Source: an uncultured Methanosarcinaceae archaeon
GTDB lineage: Archaea > Halobacteriota > Methanosarcinia > Methanosarcinales > Methanosarcinaceae
Direction of reading: 5' to 3'
Length of the DNA: 64,000 nucleotides
Assembly: GCA_963727895.1 (NCBI GenBank)
Contig: CAVSHT010000003.1
Coordinates: forward strand, 192,001 to 256,000
Shown here: positions 44,062 to 55,216 of the stretch, piece by piece
Numbering within the stretch: the stretch's first letter is position 1
Layout of the letters: each line of letters starts with the position of its first letter
Made by a program: the position numbers and the translations under genes
Notes under the pieces: model-generated
The model's database searches: none
The model's input: the letters and a program-made list of their open reading frames with translations, nothing else
Told to the model about the DNA's origin: nothing

Positions 44062-45975
44062 TCACAACAATCTTATAGTCTCAAGGTTTGTTAAAGCCCG
44101 GGTCTCAATCTTTAGTTTTTTGTAAATCGAACTTGCCATGTCAACGCAGGCTTTTTCATCTCCATGCTCTGTAAATACTCTTTCCGGACGAGGCTGCATC
44201 CTCTTTATGTAATCCATAAGCTGCCTCCTATCGGAGTGTCCTGAGAAGCCATCAACTACCTGGACTTCCATATTCATCTTCAGGATTTCGGTGCTCCCAC
44301 CTTTTCCTGTTATCGGAATTTCTTTCCATCCTTTCTGGATTCTACGTCCGATTGTTCCATCCGCCTGGTACCCTACAAACACTAGAGAATTACGCGGCTC
44401 TTCAGCAAAAGCTCTGAAATACTCCATAACCGGCCCTCCATTCATCATTCCTGAAGTTGAAAGAATAACACATGGGTGAGGGTTCTGAATTATCTTCTGA
44501 CGTGTGTCGTGGGAATCAACTGGTTTAAAGCATTCAGACAAGAAAGGATTTTGTCCTTTCTGGAAGATCAGTTTTCTCAGATCATTGTTCAAGTATTCTG
44601 GATGTGTAGCATGAATTGCCGTCGCTTCCCATATCATTCCGTCCAGATAGACCGGAACTTCAGGAATAATTCCTTTTCTTATAGACTCTTCAAGTACTAT
44701 CATGACTTCCTGGCTTCGACCTACTGCAAAAGTCGGAATGAGACAAATTCCTCCCCTTTCAACAGTACTCTTAACTACCATTTGCAGGTGCCTTTCTGCA
44801 TCTTTAAGTGGAGGTTGGAAAGCATTGGAATTGCCATACGTAGCCTCACTAATGACAGTTTCGACTCTCGGAAACTTATTAACGGCAGGATCAAAAAGCC
44901 TTGTTTTCTCATATTTGTAATCTCCAGTAAAGACTACATTATGAAGTCCGTCTCCAATATGAAAATGGGATATAGCTGATCCAAGAATATGGCCTGCATT
45001 ATGGAAAGTTAATTTTATATCCGGAGCAATATCCGTTACTTCCTCATAATCCAGAGAAATCGTGTGTTTAAGGGTCTTTGCTACCATGCCTGACTCATAG
45101 GGAATCTTCTTCCCTTCTTTTGCTGCTACGTCGATGTAGTCGAGCTGGAGCAGCACCATCAGATCCTTTGTAGGAGGCGTGCAATAGATAGGTCCTTCAT
45201 ATCCATATTTGAAAAGTAAAGGAACAAGCCCCTGATGATCTAGGTGGGCATGAGTAACTACCACAGCATCAATCTGGTTTAAGGGAAAAACTTCAGGAAC
45301 ATATAGGTACGGAGTCATATTTTCATCCGATCCTACATTGACGCCGCAGTCAATCATGATTCTGGATTCGGGAGTTGAGAGCAGGAAACAACTTCGTCCC
45401 ACTTCTCTGCATCCTCCAAGTGATGTTACCCTTACCCATTGATCTTTTGAGGTACATTCTTTGTGAATTTTCCTCCCCACTGATTTAAGGATCTCCTTTC
45501 TTTCCTTAAGGTTATTTCTCATAAATTCTCTGATATTTTTCACTGTACGAGACTTGATAGGGGGAGTCCTTACAACTTTTGGAATCCAGCCAATCTGTTT
45601 TGTGATCTCTCGTAGAGTAGCTCCATGCTTTCCTATCACAAGACCCGGTTTTTCAGCTTCAATAATCACTTCACCGGAATCTGGATCAAAATAATAGCTT
45701 GATATTACGGATTCTTTTGGAACAACTTCTTCAATTATAGAAATAGAGTCTTCAGCGGTTGCAAGTACCCTTGGATCAGGGCGCATGGCAATCCGTGTCC
45801 TGAGTTCTTTTGCAAGGTTGCGAATTATATTCCCATCGTCAGCGAATTTGCGGGGCTCCTCAGTATACAGTACAAGCTGAGGGCCTTCAAACTCTACGTC
45901 GGTAATTGTCACTCCCGCAGGTAGGTTTTTCTCAATTTTATGTTTGAGGTCTAATAACACGTCTTCAATAGGCAT
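44062..45975 (-). CDS. fttA: beta-CASP ribonuclease aCPSF1 / transcription termination factor FttA
   Basis: Two KH domains, THAHLDH metallo-beta-lactamase motif, FSGHSD, HG. Confidence 0.95.
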   Translation of the reverse strand: MPIEDVLLDLKHKIEKNLPAGVTITDVEFEGPQLVLYTEEPRKFADDGNIIRNLAKELRTRIAMRPDPRVLATAEDSISIIEEVVPKESVISSYYFDPDSGEVIIEAEKPGLVIGKHGATLREITKQIGWIPKVVRTPPIKSRTVKNIREFMRNNLKERKEILKSVGRKIHKECTSKDQWVRVTSLGGCREVGRSCFLLSTPESRIMIDCGVNVGSDENMTPYLYVPEVFPLNQIDAVVVTHAHLDHQGLVPLLFKYGYEGPIYCTPPTKDLMVLLQLDYIDVAAKEGKKIPYESGMVAKTLKHTISLDYEEVTDIAPDIKLTFHNAGHILGSAISHFHIGDGLHNVVFTGDYKYEKTRLFDPAVNKFPRVETVISEATYGNSNAFQPPLKDAERHLQMVVKSTVERGGICLIPTFAVGRSQEVMIVLEESIRKGIIPEVPVYLDGMIWEATAIHATHPEYLNNDLRKLIFQKGQNPFLSECFKPVDSHDTRQKIIQNPHPCVILSTSGMMNGGPVMEYFRAFAEEPRNSLVFVGYQADGTIGRRIQKGWKEIPITGKGGSTEILKMNMEVQVVDGFSGHSDRRQLMDYIKRMQPRPERVFTEHGDEKACVDMASSIYKKLKIETRALTNLETIRLL

Positions 45976-46070
45976 CAAAAATCTTCCTTATCAAAAATCT
46001 TCCTTATCAAAAATCTTCCTTCTCAAAAATCTTCCTTATCAAAAATCTTCCTTCTCAAAAATCTTCCTTT
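45975..46070. repeat. 16-bp tandem repeat x6 covering the fttA RBS/start region
   Basis: tcaaaaatcttcctt(a/c/t) units at 45975, 45991, 46007, 46023, 46039 and 46055. Confidence 0.95.
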
Positions 46071-46165
46071 TTCTCAAAAAATGAAAAAGTATATAGATAT
46101 TAGAAAAACGATAGGTTGAAAAAGATTTTAGTTTAGTATTAAAATAAAAAAACTAATAGTTTGAA

Positions 46166-46807
46166 TTATTTAATTAATTGAGCCCTGATGGATTTTACTT
46201 CTTCGGGGTCCAACCTCCTAAACTCATCCTTAGTAATTACCACTACATCGATGTTCTCACCAGAAGCCGAGTCTCTTTTAGTAGCAGTGTGGATTGCTCG
46301 AATAGCCAGATCAAGGCCTTCCTTTACAGTCATATTTTCTCTATACTGGTCTTCAAGAACTCCATATGCCATAGGTGAACCTGAACCTGTAGCTGAGATC
46401 CTTGTTTCTTCAATGCTTCCACCAAGAGCATCCAATGAATATATACCAGGCCCATTTTTGTCGACTCCTCCTATAAGGAGCTGAACCATCATGGGATAGT
46501 AGCGGTTGGCATTTAAGAAGTTTGACATTAGTGTTGCAATACCTTTTATTGTCATAGATTCATTTCTGCGCATCTTGTAGAGTTGTGACTCTACATTTAC
46601 GAGCCGTACAAGCTGCTGGGCATCCCCTACCGAACCTGCAGTGGTCATTGCTACAAGGTCGTCTACCTGGTAAACCTTTTTTGCAGTTTTACTTGCGATG
46701 AAATTCCCCATTGTGGCTCTCTGTTCACTTGCGAGCACGATACCATCGGTACAAACTACTCCTACGGTAGTTGTGCCCTTTAGATATTTGTCATTATCCA
46801 TAAACAT
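46166..46807 (-). CDS. psmB: Proteasome subunit beta
   Basis: Propeptide followed by G/TTTVG; GSGS; psmB-aCPSF1 synteny. Confidence 0.96.
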   Translation of the reverse strand: MFMDNDKYLKGTTTVGVVCTDGIVLASEQRATMGNFIASKTAKKVYQVDDLVAMTTAGSVGDAQQLVRLVNVESQLYKMRRNESMTIKGIATLMSNFLNANRYYPMMVQLLIGGVDKNGPGIYSLDALGGSIEETRISATGSGSPMAYGVLEDQYRENMTVKEGLDLAIRAIHTATKRDSASGENIDVVVITKDEFRRLDPEEVKSIRAQLIK

Positions 46808-47061
46808 ACCCTCATGATAAGTTAAAAATGAGAAAATGTCGCTAAAAAAACTGTTTTAGTGAGGTGAATATTTTTAACTTAAATAGCAGGATTTAGCAAT
46901 TCATAATCTCAATGTTTATATCGCTATATATAAGTTTTCCTTCTCCTTCTCATTGAGCGCGTCTAAATTTAAATTTGGAGAAAGATTTGACAATTTTTGT
47001 TTCTCTTGTCTTTGTCTTACACAGAATATTTAAATTTCTGTTTTCCTAGTAATTCTAAAAT

Positions 47062-47574
47062 TTAACTGAAAAGTTCTTCTATCTCTTCAGCAAGTTTATT
47101 TACCCTTTGAATCACATTTTCTGGTATTTCTTGCTTACGCATAAGTGAAATTCTCTCAGCTATAGTTATTCTATTCTTTCCCTTTATAAGGTTATCAGCG
47201 TGGGCAACGATTTTTTCCTCTAGGCTTCGGGGAAAATAATCATCCTCAGGAAGCCCGAATTTCTTAGCTTCGTCTTTTGAAATTCCTGCTCCTATATGTC
47301 TTTTTATTATTTCTGAAATTTCTGGATCTATTCCCTTATTTCTAGCTATCCTGTATCCTTCTACCGCATGATCTATTTTATGAGTTTTACATCTCCCTAA
47401 ATCATGAAGAAGAGCTCCTACTTCTACCAGTTCCAAATTTACATTATGTCCAGTTGCTTTCGCTTTATTTGCAATCTCAACCGCAACAGATGAAACTTCA
47501 GTACAATGTTCTATTACATTGGAAGCACATCCAGTTTTCTCAAGCAGCTCTATTGCTTCAACTCTGGTAATCAA
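47062..47574 (-). CDS. HD-domain protein
   Basis: HC...LLHDLGR...HAVEG...RHIGAG...VAHADNL. Confidence 0.9.
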   Translation of the reverse strand: MITRVEAIELLEKTGCASNVIEHCTEVSSVAVEIANKAKATGHNVNLELVEVGALLHDLGRCKTHKIDHAVEGYRIARNKGIDPEISEIIKRHIGAGISKDEAKKFGLPEDDYFPRSLEEKIVAHADNLIKGKNRITIAERISLMRKQEIPENVIQRVNKLAEEIEELFS

Positions 47575-47584
47575 GGTAAATCAC

Positions 47585-48079
47585 TTATGCTGAACTAAGA
47601 GCATCTACACGTTTTTTCAGAACATCAACAATATGAGAATTATCGTAGAAGACCAGGTCTTCTCCACACATTGGGCATAAAAATTCGGTTTCCGTGGCTT
47701 CATCAAACAAAAGACGAACGCAGCCCTGAGGGCACGTATAGAAAACATTGTTTTCTTCGAATTCAAGGCGAGTCTTCAGGTTACGGAGCAATTTTTTCTT
47801 TTCCCTCATAAGCTGGTGCTCTATATCCGAAAAATCCAGACGCCAGAGATATGTTAGCCACCCACTATTTGAATCCCTCTCTCTGCGGCAAATTGCAAAT
47901 TTATTCTCATACAATATAAAAAGAGTTCTTCTTACAGTGTTCAGCAGAACCCCACTCTTTTCTGAAACTTCTTCATCCGTAACCTCGCCTTCTGGCATTT
48001 TTTCTATCATTTTAAGCCCATCTTCCCCTATAAGGCTCAAAAGATACCCTCTAATTACCTTATCATCTAAATCAACCAA
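47585..48079 (-). CDS. tfe: Transcription factor E (TFIIE alpha homolog)
   Basis: VTDEE...LNTVRRTL...GWLTYLW; CPQGC/CPMCG zinc ribbon; RBS GAGGTG. Confidence 0.95.
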   Translation of the reverse strand: MVDLDDKVIRGYLLSLIGEDGLKMIEKMPEGEVTDEEVSEKSGVLLNTVRRTLFILYENKFAICRRERDSNSGWLTYLWRLDFSDIEHQLMREKKKLLRNLKTRLEFEENNVFYTCPQGCVRLLFDEATETEFLCPMCGEDLVFYDNSHIVDVLKKRVDALSSA

Positions 48080-48234
48080 ATTATTCACCTCAAATCCCTA
48101 TATCAATTGAATATATCAGTATTAAAGTTTATATTCCCTTATCCTTCCAGAAACTTTTCTAGCTCTATTAGAACTGAATTCTCTTTAATCCTGGATTGTA
48201 CATCTTCTACAAATCTCAGGTATTTTTCCTTCTT

Positions 48235-49389
48235 TTAGTTTTCAATAAAAGTCCTTATCTTATTTGCTCCTCTCTTAAGCGACATAACTGCTTCTTCTCT
48301 TGTAGAGGTGCAGGCAAACAAGGAAGTAAGAGGACCATCAGTCTCTACAGCAGTTCCCTGTAATGGAATATCAGCGCCTTTTTCTCTTAGAATGAGATCC
48401 ATGAGCTTTTTGTCTATAAAAAGTTCTCGATCCGAGTATATTACTCCTCTTGAAGCAAAGCATTTAGCTTTTGGCTTATCAGGAAGTTCTCCCTTAAAGC
48501 AGCCGGCATGAGCCTCGAAAAGGTTGATGTTCATCGCTCTTTCTACAGTATCTAGACTTCCTTGAAACCTTGGGTTTATTTCAAGTACTACAGGTCCTTT
48601 TTTTGAAACTAGAAAATCCACTCCATTTGATCCCAGGAGCTTGAACTCGAGCATCAGTTCTTCAGCAAGGGCTTCCATTTCCTCAGCTTTATCAGTCTTA
48701 AAAGGAGTTATATTGCCGCAATATGCAAAGGGCAATCGTGAAAGCCAGGGTATTCCTATAAGCTGTTCATTCACAGCTACTGACAGAGCTTCATTCTTTG
48801 TAGAAAGCAAGGAAACACTCGAAGGAACTCCTTCAATAAATTCTTGAATAATACGTGTTTTTTCTGAGAGTTCAGGGTTTAGGTTGTAAAATTCTTCTAT
48901 GATAGATAAAAGCTCCTGTTTATTCCTGGCAACTCTGTTAAATATTCCTCCTCCACCTGAAACTGGCTTAATCATAACCGGATATTCTATTGCATCTAAT
49001 TCTTCTGAAGAATAACAGTGTGGGTGAGGGATTCCTAATGCTTCTAACCTTTTTGAAAGATACAGTTTGTCTGAGGCTTTCTGCATAGCGTCCGGACTGC
49101 TGGCGAGTACAGGACATGAAAAATCATTATGGTTAAGTGTTTCCAATCCCGAGCCTAGAATAAGAGCATCAAACTCTAGTCCAAATTCAGTCATCTGAGC
49201 CTTTATTCGAGAAGTTTCAAGCTGATGCAGTTCCTTTACGGTTCTGCATTCCAGAAATTTCGATGAGTATGCACATTTCTGCAGGTCTAAATCGCAGAAA
49301 GCATCTATAGAACAGACCTTATAACCAGCCCGGTTTGCAGAGCAGACAACATTCCGGGTATTAAATCCAATTACAAGAATATTCTGCAT
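48235..49389 (-). CDS. ATP-grasp domain protein
   Basis: IKPVSGGGG, IQEFIEG, GVDF...LEINPRFQGS. Confidence 0.88.
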   Translation of the reverse strand: MQNILVIGFNTRNVVCSANRAGYKVCSIDAFCDLDLQKCAYSSKFLECRTVKELHQLETSRIKAQMTEFGLEFDALILGSGLETLNHNDFSCPVLASSPDAMQKASDKLYLSKRLEALGIPHPHCYSSEELDAIEYPVMIKPVSGGGGIFNRVARNKQELLSIIEEFYNLNPELSEKTRIIQEFIEGVPSSVSLLSTKNEALSVAVNEQLIGIPWLSRLPFAYCGNITPFKTDKAEEMEALAEELMLEFKLLGSNGVDFLVSKKGPVVLEINPRFQGSLDTVERAMNINLFEAHAGCFKGELPDKPKAKCFASRGVIYSDRELFIDKKLMDLILREKGADIPLQGTAVETDGPLTSLFACTSTREEAVMSLKRGANKIRTFIEN

Positions 49390-49409
49390 ATTTCCTCTTT
49401 CTTAATCTT

Positions 49410-50474
49410 TCATTTTGCCTGTGGAATATCGGATTGTGACAGCGCAAAGATTCCGTATGGAGTTTTCAGGACAGAAATTTCGCTTCCTGCTTCTGCATTG
49501 AACAACATTGGCTTCTTTATGGCAACAGTCTCATAAGTTTCAGGGTCAAGAACCAGAATTGCATTTTCTTCTATTGAAACCAGTACTGTTAATACCGCGT
49601 CTTCCATATTACTTATTTTCTCTGCACCTTTTAATTCCTCAGGGGTTGAGAGAAATCTTGAGCCATCTTCAAGGGAAATTCCATTAACCTTTTTTCCTGA
49701 GCTCTTGATCTGGATAATCTTTCCTCTGAACATGATTACGTCTTTTGGCCTGAATTCGGGAAGACGCAAAGAAAATGTAACTCTATATAGATTTTTTCCC
49801 TCTTTCATTCCAACAAGCGTAGGAGATTCGGAAAAGCTGCCCCCAAGTTCTGATGTGATTAACCTGCAGACTTGCCTGCTGGCATTCATGGAACCCATGT
49901 AGAGGTCTACTCCTTCCTTTTGATTAATTACTTCGCTTATGAAAGCAAGCCGATCACCCTTTTTTCTCATACTTTCCATGGATTCCCTGACAATAATCGT
50001 ACAACGCTTTTTTTCTTCTTCAGTAGGAAATCTGCCTGCTGCCCGGACCTGGATTATTGCTTCAAAGTATCCCCCAGACTCTCTGCTACACATATCACAA
50101 GCTGTCCGCTGAATCCTTACTTCGGTCTCAGCTTCTGCGTGTACCGGCTCTTCCCTTACAATTGCATCAACTTCGGCTCTCACCATATATATATAGGGCG
50201 TAATCTCTCTGGGTTCTATATATACTTCCACGTCCCCGGCTTCGTTGTGGATAAAAAGTTCATTTTCAACGGCTTTTAGCACGACATCTTCGATATTACC
50301 TACATCTTCCCATCGGCTTCTATGGAAGTGTGCTCCGCAAGCTGAACATATCCTTACATGAAGTACATGAGGCAATTCAATCAGTTTGAAAGTCTCAAAA
50401 AAGCAGTCCTTGCAAACTGAGTCAAAGAGCCTGTAACATTCTCTGCCGCATTTAGGGCATGTGACGGAATTCAT
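49410..50474 (-). CDS. nmd3: NMD3-family ribosome maturation protein
   Basis: Four CxxC pairs; CDMCSRESGGYFEAIIQVR. Confidence 0.9.
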   Translation of the reverse strand: MNSVTCPKCGRECYRLFDSVCKDCFFETFKLIELPHVLHVRICSACGAHFHRSRWEDVGNIEDVVLKAVENELFIHNEAGDVEVYIEPREITPYIYMVRAEVDAIVREEPVHAEAETEVRIQRTACDMCSRESGGYFEAIIQVRAAGRFPTEEEKKRCTIIVRESMESMRKKGDRLAFISEVINQKEGVDLYMGSMNASRQVCRLITSELGGSFSESPTLVGMKEGKNLYRVTFSLRLPEFRPKDVIMFRGKIIQIKSSGKKVNGISLEDGSRFLSTPEELKGAEKISNMEDAVLTVLVSIEENAILVLDPETYETVAIKKPMLFNAEAGSEISVLKTPYGIFALSQSDIPQAK

Positions 50475-51026
50475 CTGTAATCCTTTATAGTCTTCTTAGA
50501 ATAGTGATATTCTTAAATAATAGTATTCTTGAATAGTAGTCTGATGGTACTTTTTTAAATTCACAGAATTAATAATTTCTGCAATATAAATTTCATAATT
50601 CACTTGTTAAACCTACTCATGCTATTTAAAAATAGCTGGATTTGCGAATTTACTTTTGAATAGTCAGACCCACTCAATTTTTGGTATTTAATCCATCATA
50701 AAATATAATATTTCATATGTGAATCAGTTATATGTAACTTCTAATGTATATATTAGATGTTTGTCAGGTCAGTAATTATCTCATTTCCTTAATTAATCTA
50801 TTTTATCTTTTTATGAATCATATTTTTCGCTATGTTATAGCTTCACTATAGAATGTTTCTTTACTAGAAAGCTACGCTTCTTATGTTTTATACACCTTAA
50901 AAGCTTATTGAATTTAAACTCAACAATACTATTGCAATAATTTAAGTATTCCTCTTGCCTATATATTTATTCATGTTTGAATAAAATTGAGAGTAATTTT
51001 CTTAAGCGGATTCAAAATACTAATGG

Positions 51027-52088
51027 ATGAAAATGATGAATAAATTACTCAGTTTTTTCTCTTCCACTCCTTTGGTAGAAACGAAAACAATAATAAAAAT
51101 TTGGTATTGTTACTTAAATATATCTAGTTCTTTCTTTCTGTATTTCATCAATAGAATAACCGAGTACTTAGCATTTCAAGACTCTTCGTATAACACTTTG
51201 TCTTTCTTCTCAACCTTGCCAGAAAGTGCCTCAATATGCCGTTATATCCTTCAACAGTATACGTTTCTGCTTTGGATTGAGTATGGATCTTTTCTGGAAG
51301 AAACTCTGCATATGCTCTCCAGTGATCTGTCATCACTTCTCCAATCTCTTTTTTCTTCAATTTTTCCCAGAGTAGTTTTCCAGTTTCCGTTCCTCTGCTA
51401 CCAAAAGAGCAGTTGATGAACTTTTTCCCAACTCTATCAACAGCAATCCAGATACAGCAATATTTTTTTTGTTACCGATGTAAGTGTGCATCTCATCCAT
51501 TTCAACAATAGATATCTCACTTTCACTTTTTAGGTCCTCTCACTCTTGACCAAATTTCTTTATCCATCTTTGGACAGAAACATGACTTACCCCTAAAAAT
51601 CGTCCTATTAAGCGAAAGCCCAATCCTTCAAGATAGAGTTGTAAAGCCTGTATTTTTACAGAGGCGGAAAAAGCAGTTGATTTTAGCTCTACTGTATAGT
51701 TATAGCCATAATCAGAGCATTTGTAGCGTTGACGCCCACCAACTATACCATTCTTTTTGTGACTGGAAATATTACATTTTGGGCAGTTCATGAAGAAATA
51801 TATGTTATAAGCATATATATCTATTTTTGATTACCAATGCCATAAATTTACCTCTTTATAATTTGGTTGACTATTGCATTAATTGCAATGACTGCCAACA
51901 AAATGGTTTCTTATAACAATGTTAAATATTTCTTTTGGGTAATGCCAATCTTTGTGGCTTTGTTATTCACGTTATTTATCAGAGGGTCGCCATTAGAGTT
52001 ATCAAATAAAGAAAATAAAAAAAGTGTTTTTTTACTTATTTTAAGCTTCATTTGCTTAATAGTAACATTTTTTTGGCAATCATATTAA
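51027..52088 (+). pseudogene. Small membrane protein (~105 aa) split by IS1 copy D
   Basis: MKMMNKLL...TIIKI joins in frame to YLFIIWLTIALI...FFWQSY once the IS and one target copy are removed. Confidence 0.6.
51103..51841 (-). mobile_element. IS1-family copy D
   Basis: Ends GGTATTGTTAC / GGCATTGGTAATC; 7/8 target duplication aaaaattt / ataaattt; premature TGA in InsA. Confidence 0.93.
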
Positions 52089-52183
52089 TGGATACTTAAA
52101 TACAACTCTATCTATCATTTTTCATATGATTGGCCGAAAACACAATATTAAGTTCCATTTTTTGTAATTTAAAAAAAGAAAGT

Positions 52184-52204
52184 TCCGTGTCTTTTTGACA
52201 CGGA
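52184..52204 (-). terminator. cdh operon terminator hairpin
   Basis: tccgtgtc-ttttt-gacacgga followed by a T-rich tract on the minus strand. Confidence 0.6.
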
Positions 52205-52231
52205 TCTATATTTTTCAATTCACATTTGGAT

Positions 52232-53638
52232 TTATTTTGGTGGCCAGTTCTTCTCGACCCAGCCTGGGATACGGCCGGAGTCCATTGGGCCCACCTTGAC
52301 ATTTGCACCAAGCGTATCTTCGAGGTCACCCTGCAGACGGGCTGAGAGACCTGGAATGATAAGGGTGTTGTGGCTTGTGTCCTTCTTGAGGTCGAAGCCA
52401 GCCTTATCAAAGGCGTCCTTTACCTTGGCGGCAGTCAGCTGGCCACCGGCAACAGAAGCTTCCACACCAATACCATCGGTGTCAACTGCAAGCAACCAGC
52501 ATACGATGCCATTTGCTGAGATATCGCTTTCTACCGTGTAGTAGGTAAGAGCAAAGTTGGTTGTGAAGAATACCGGAGAGTCTTTGTCTGGTTCTCCAAC
52601 CTTGTACATACCTCCATCCACGGAGACAGGAGTCCTCGGATCGGTGTAGATGGTCTCTGCTAGGTGCACTTCAGGCAAGGTGGCATATGGTTCCAGACTG
52701 TGGAGGATCATAATGTCGCCGTACCTGATGGTGAAGATTGAGGCCATAACGGTTTCCCAGTAGGAGGCACTTACAGGATCTGCAATTCCTGCCATCCAGG
52801 CAGTGAGCGGGAGAGCCATGATCGGATATGCAATCTCGGTGTCGCCCATAATGCCTGCTCTTCTGATTTTCAGGAAATTAGTGAAGGTGTCCTTCAGTCC
52901 TTTGCCGGTCGGGTAGGTTCCTGGATCAAGCACAATGTCCTTGATACCTGCATCTGCAAAGGTCTTTGCAAGAGTCTTAAGAGCATCCAGGTCATTTAAG
53001 GATGACACTACAACAGGCACATTATATTCAAGAGCAAGTTCTCCGACTTCCTTCCAGTTGTCCTTGTTTGCAGCGTAGAGCAGTGGATTTTTGTCCTTTG
53101 CGACCTCAAGTCCTGCCTTCAGGACTGCGGGGTTGAAGGAACAGAAGATCATAGGCAGGCCGACTTCCGCTACTTTCTTGACTGCAGCAGCGAACTTTGC
53201 CGGGTCGTTGGAAGCGGCTTTGATTGCTACGCCGTCGAGAAGCAGGTTTCGTCCCACATAGAACTTCTTGAAATCAGCGATCTTCTGAACCCTCTCTATA
53301 AGAGCAGCTTCTTCCATGTTGTCTGAAACATCGAAGAACATCTTTGTCTTATTGAAGAAGGTGAGCTTGTGGCGGTACAGGACATCGTCTCCACCGATGT
53401 TTACTGCTCTTTCGCCTACTCCTATAGTAACCTGACGGATCTCAGGGGCAAGGAGCCGATCGAGTTCTGCAAGTTTCTTTGCATACTTCTTCTCCTTTAC
53501 CAGGGGAGGACAGTCTGCTGTCTTCCCGGATCTGTCAATCAGCTTGGAAGCGAAGGCCATACAGGTTGCTTCACCACATTCTCCACAGTTGGTCTGCGGG
53601 AGGTATTTGTAAGCTTCTAATGGACTGTTTATCTTCAT
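52232..53638 (-). CDS. cdhE: ACDS complex gamma subunit (corrinoid Fe-S protein, large)
   Basis: LPQTNCGECGEATCMAFA; TTNFALTY. Confidence 0.96.
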   Translation of the reverse strand: MKINSPLEAYKYLPQTNCGECGEATCMAFASKLIDRSGKTADCPPLVKEKKYAKKLAELDRLLAPEIRQVTIGVGERAVNIGGDDVLYRHKLTFFNKTKMFFDVSDNMEEAALIERVQKIADFKKFYVGRNLLLDGVAIKAASNDPAKFAAAVKKVAEVGLPMIFCSFNPAVLKAGLEVAKDKNPLLYAANKDNWKEVGELALEYNVPVVVSSLNDLDALKTLAKTFADAGIKDIVLDPGTYPTGKGLKDTFTNFLKIRRAGIMGDTEIAYPIMALPLTAWMAGIADPVSASYWETVMASIFTIRYGDIMILHSLEPYATLPEVHLAETIYTDPRTPVSVDGGMYKVGEPDKDSPVFFTTNFALTYYTVESDISANGIVCWLLAVDTDGIGVEASVAGGQLTAAKVKDAFDKAGFDLKKDTSHNTLIIPGLSARLQGDLEDTLGANVKVGPMDSGRIPGWVEKNWPPK

Positions 53639-53641
53639 GTT

Positions 53642-54970
53642 TTACACCTCCGTTCCGATCCAGTTAGCAATGTCAACAGGCTCTGCCTCAATTGAACCAA
53701 AGAGAGTCTGAGTGATCTGTTTCAGGGCAGCTACCGAGGTTGGGTGCATCATCATGAAGAGATCGTTTCCTGCAATAGCAAGGGATAGACCTGTGACAAT
53801 TTCCCAGATAGGACCTCTGTATTCTCTCGGGCCCCAGTCAGAATCCTGTCCTAATGGAGAGCTAACCATCCAGGACTCACGAGCACCCCATGCGTTGGTA
53901 GTACCAGAGGACATTGGGAAGGTCAGTTCTTCATCACCCATAAGGGCTGCAAGGCGGATACGCTCCATGTTGGTGTAAGCATAGTCGAGACCATAACCAA
54001 GTGCGGCAGTGGTTGGGTCCATGATAATTCTGTCTCTTGGAACGTTACACTGTTTCATGAGCTTTCTGTTCAGTTCCTTCTGGGCATTCATATCTAGCTG
54101 GGTCCAGGAAAGGACATCGTGGTCGTACTTTACTGCGGCTTCTGCAATCTTGGCGTAGTCCAGATTCAGGCTGGCAGATGCAATGAGGCAGCGCTCGCCT
54201 TCAGCAACTTCTGCGGCTTTTGCAAGAACCTCTGGGTCTTTCTGTGGGTTACCAGAACCACCGATTGCGATTGGCACATCAACAGCCTGCAAGACTTCTT
54301 CTACAGTCTTGGCTGCTTCCTTTGCCGGTGTGTCTTTAACCAGTGGATCGGTTGAAATAAGGTGGATTGTTATCATGTCGGCGTTGAACTTTTCAACGTT
54401 CTTCTTTGCCCATTCTCCTGGGCTATCCATGACCTCATCGTAGTTCTCCTTGACAGCTTTTGCAAGCCCGATTCTCATATCGAATACATCAATGGTAACC
54501 TGGTTCCTGTTGGGCATTGGAGCATCAGGGAAGAATGGAAGGGCTTTTTCGCCACCAACCATCACTCTCTTGCCACGGCTTCCGCCATCTGCAGAGGTGT
54601 TACCTATTGGGACTTCCTGAATAGGGGTTGCCCATTCTGCAAAGTTTTCAAAACTGAATTTAGAAGGAATTAAATCCTTAAGTTTTGGAGCTGCCAGAGC
54701 AGGGGAAATTGCAGGAGCAGCTGCGGGAACACCAGCTGCAGGGGCACCAAAGCCTACAGGGACACCGAAAACACCAGCAAGTCTTGCGAAGTGCTGTGCA
54801 AGTACCGCATTTTCCTGTCCGAGGATAGCAGCAAGCATCGGGTCAAAACCGCCTCCAAGTCCACTGAGATCAATCTCAATGTCCCCTTCTATGGTTACAC
54901 CTTCAAGAGATAGTATGTCTACGTCCTTGAACATGTCTGTCAATTCTGATAACTTCTTTTTGTTTGCCAT
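53642..54970 (-). CDS. cdhD: ACDS complex delta subunit (corrinoid Fe-S protein, small)
   Basis: [33 protein letters not shown]. Confidence 0.95.
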   Translation of the reverse strand: MANKKKLSELTDMFKDVDILSLEGVTIEGDIEIDLSGLGGGFDPMLAAILGQENAVLAQHFARLAGVFGVPVGFGAPAAGVPAAAPAISPALAAPKLKDLIPSKFSFENFAEWATPIQEVPIGNTSADGGSRGKRVMVGGEKALPFFPDAPMPNRNQVTIDVFDMRIGLAKAVKENYDEVMDSPGEWAKKNVEKFNADMITIHLISTDPLVKDTPAKEAAKTVEEVLQAVDVPIAIGGSGNPQKDPEVLAKAAEVAEGERCLIASASLNLDYAKIAEAAVKYDHDVLSWTQLDMNAQKELNRKLMKQCNVPRDRIIMDPTTAALGYGLDYAYTNMERIRLAALMGDEELTFPMSSGTTNAWGARESWMVSSPLGQDSDWGPREYRGPIWEIVTGLSLAIAGNDLFMMMHPTSVAALKQITQTLFGSIEAEPVDIANWIGTEV

Positions 54971-55216
54971 GTAAACCTCACCTTTTCCGTAATTTTTCCG
55001 TTTTGATGAGTTATTGTATAAATAAAGATACAATACAGACTTTACTTCCAGATTCTTTCCTTATATGGAAAGAAATATTGGGGGAGAAGTAAACCTGCTC
55101 CGTTATTTCATATGATTTTGAATGTCGGTTCAAGCCCATAAAACGGGCAAGAGGATCTTTTTCTCTTCTCAGCACACACGGTTTTCTGCAATCTTACAAA
55201 TTCAAAAAAACTGGGA

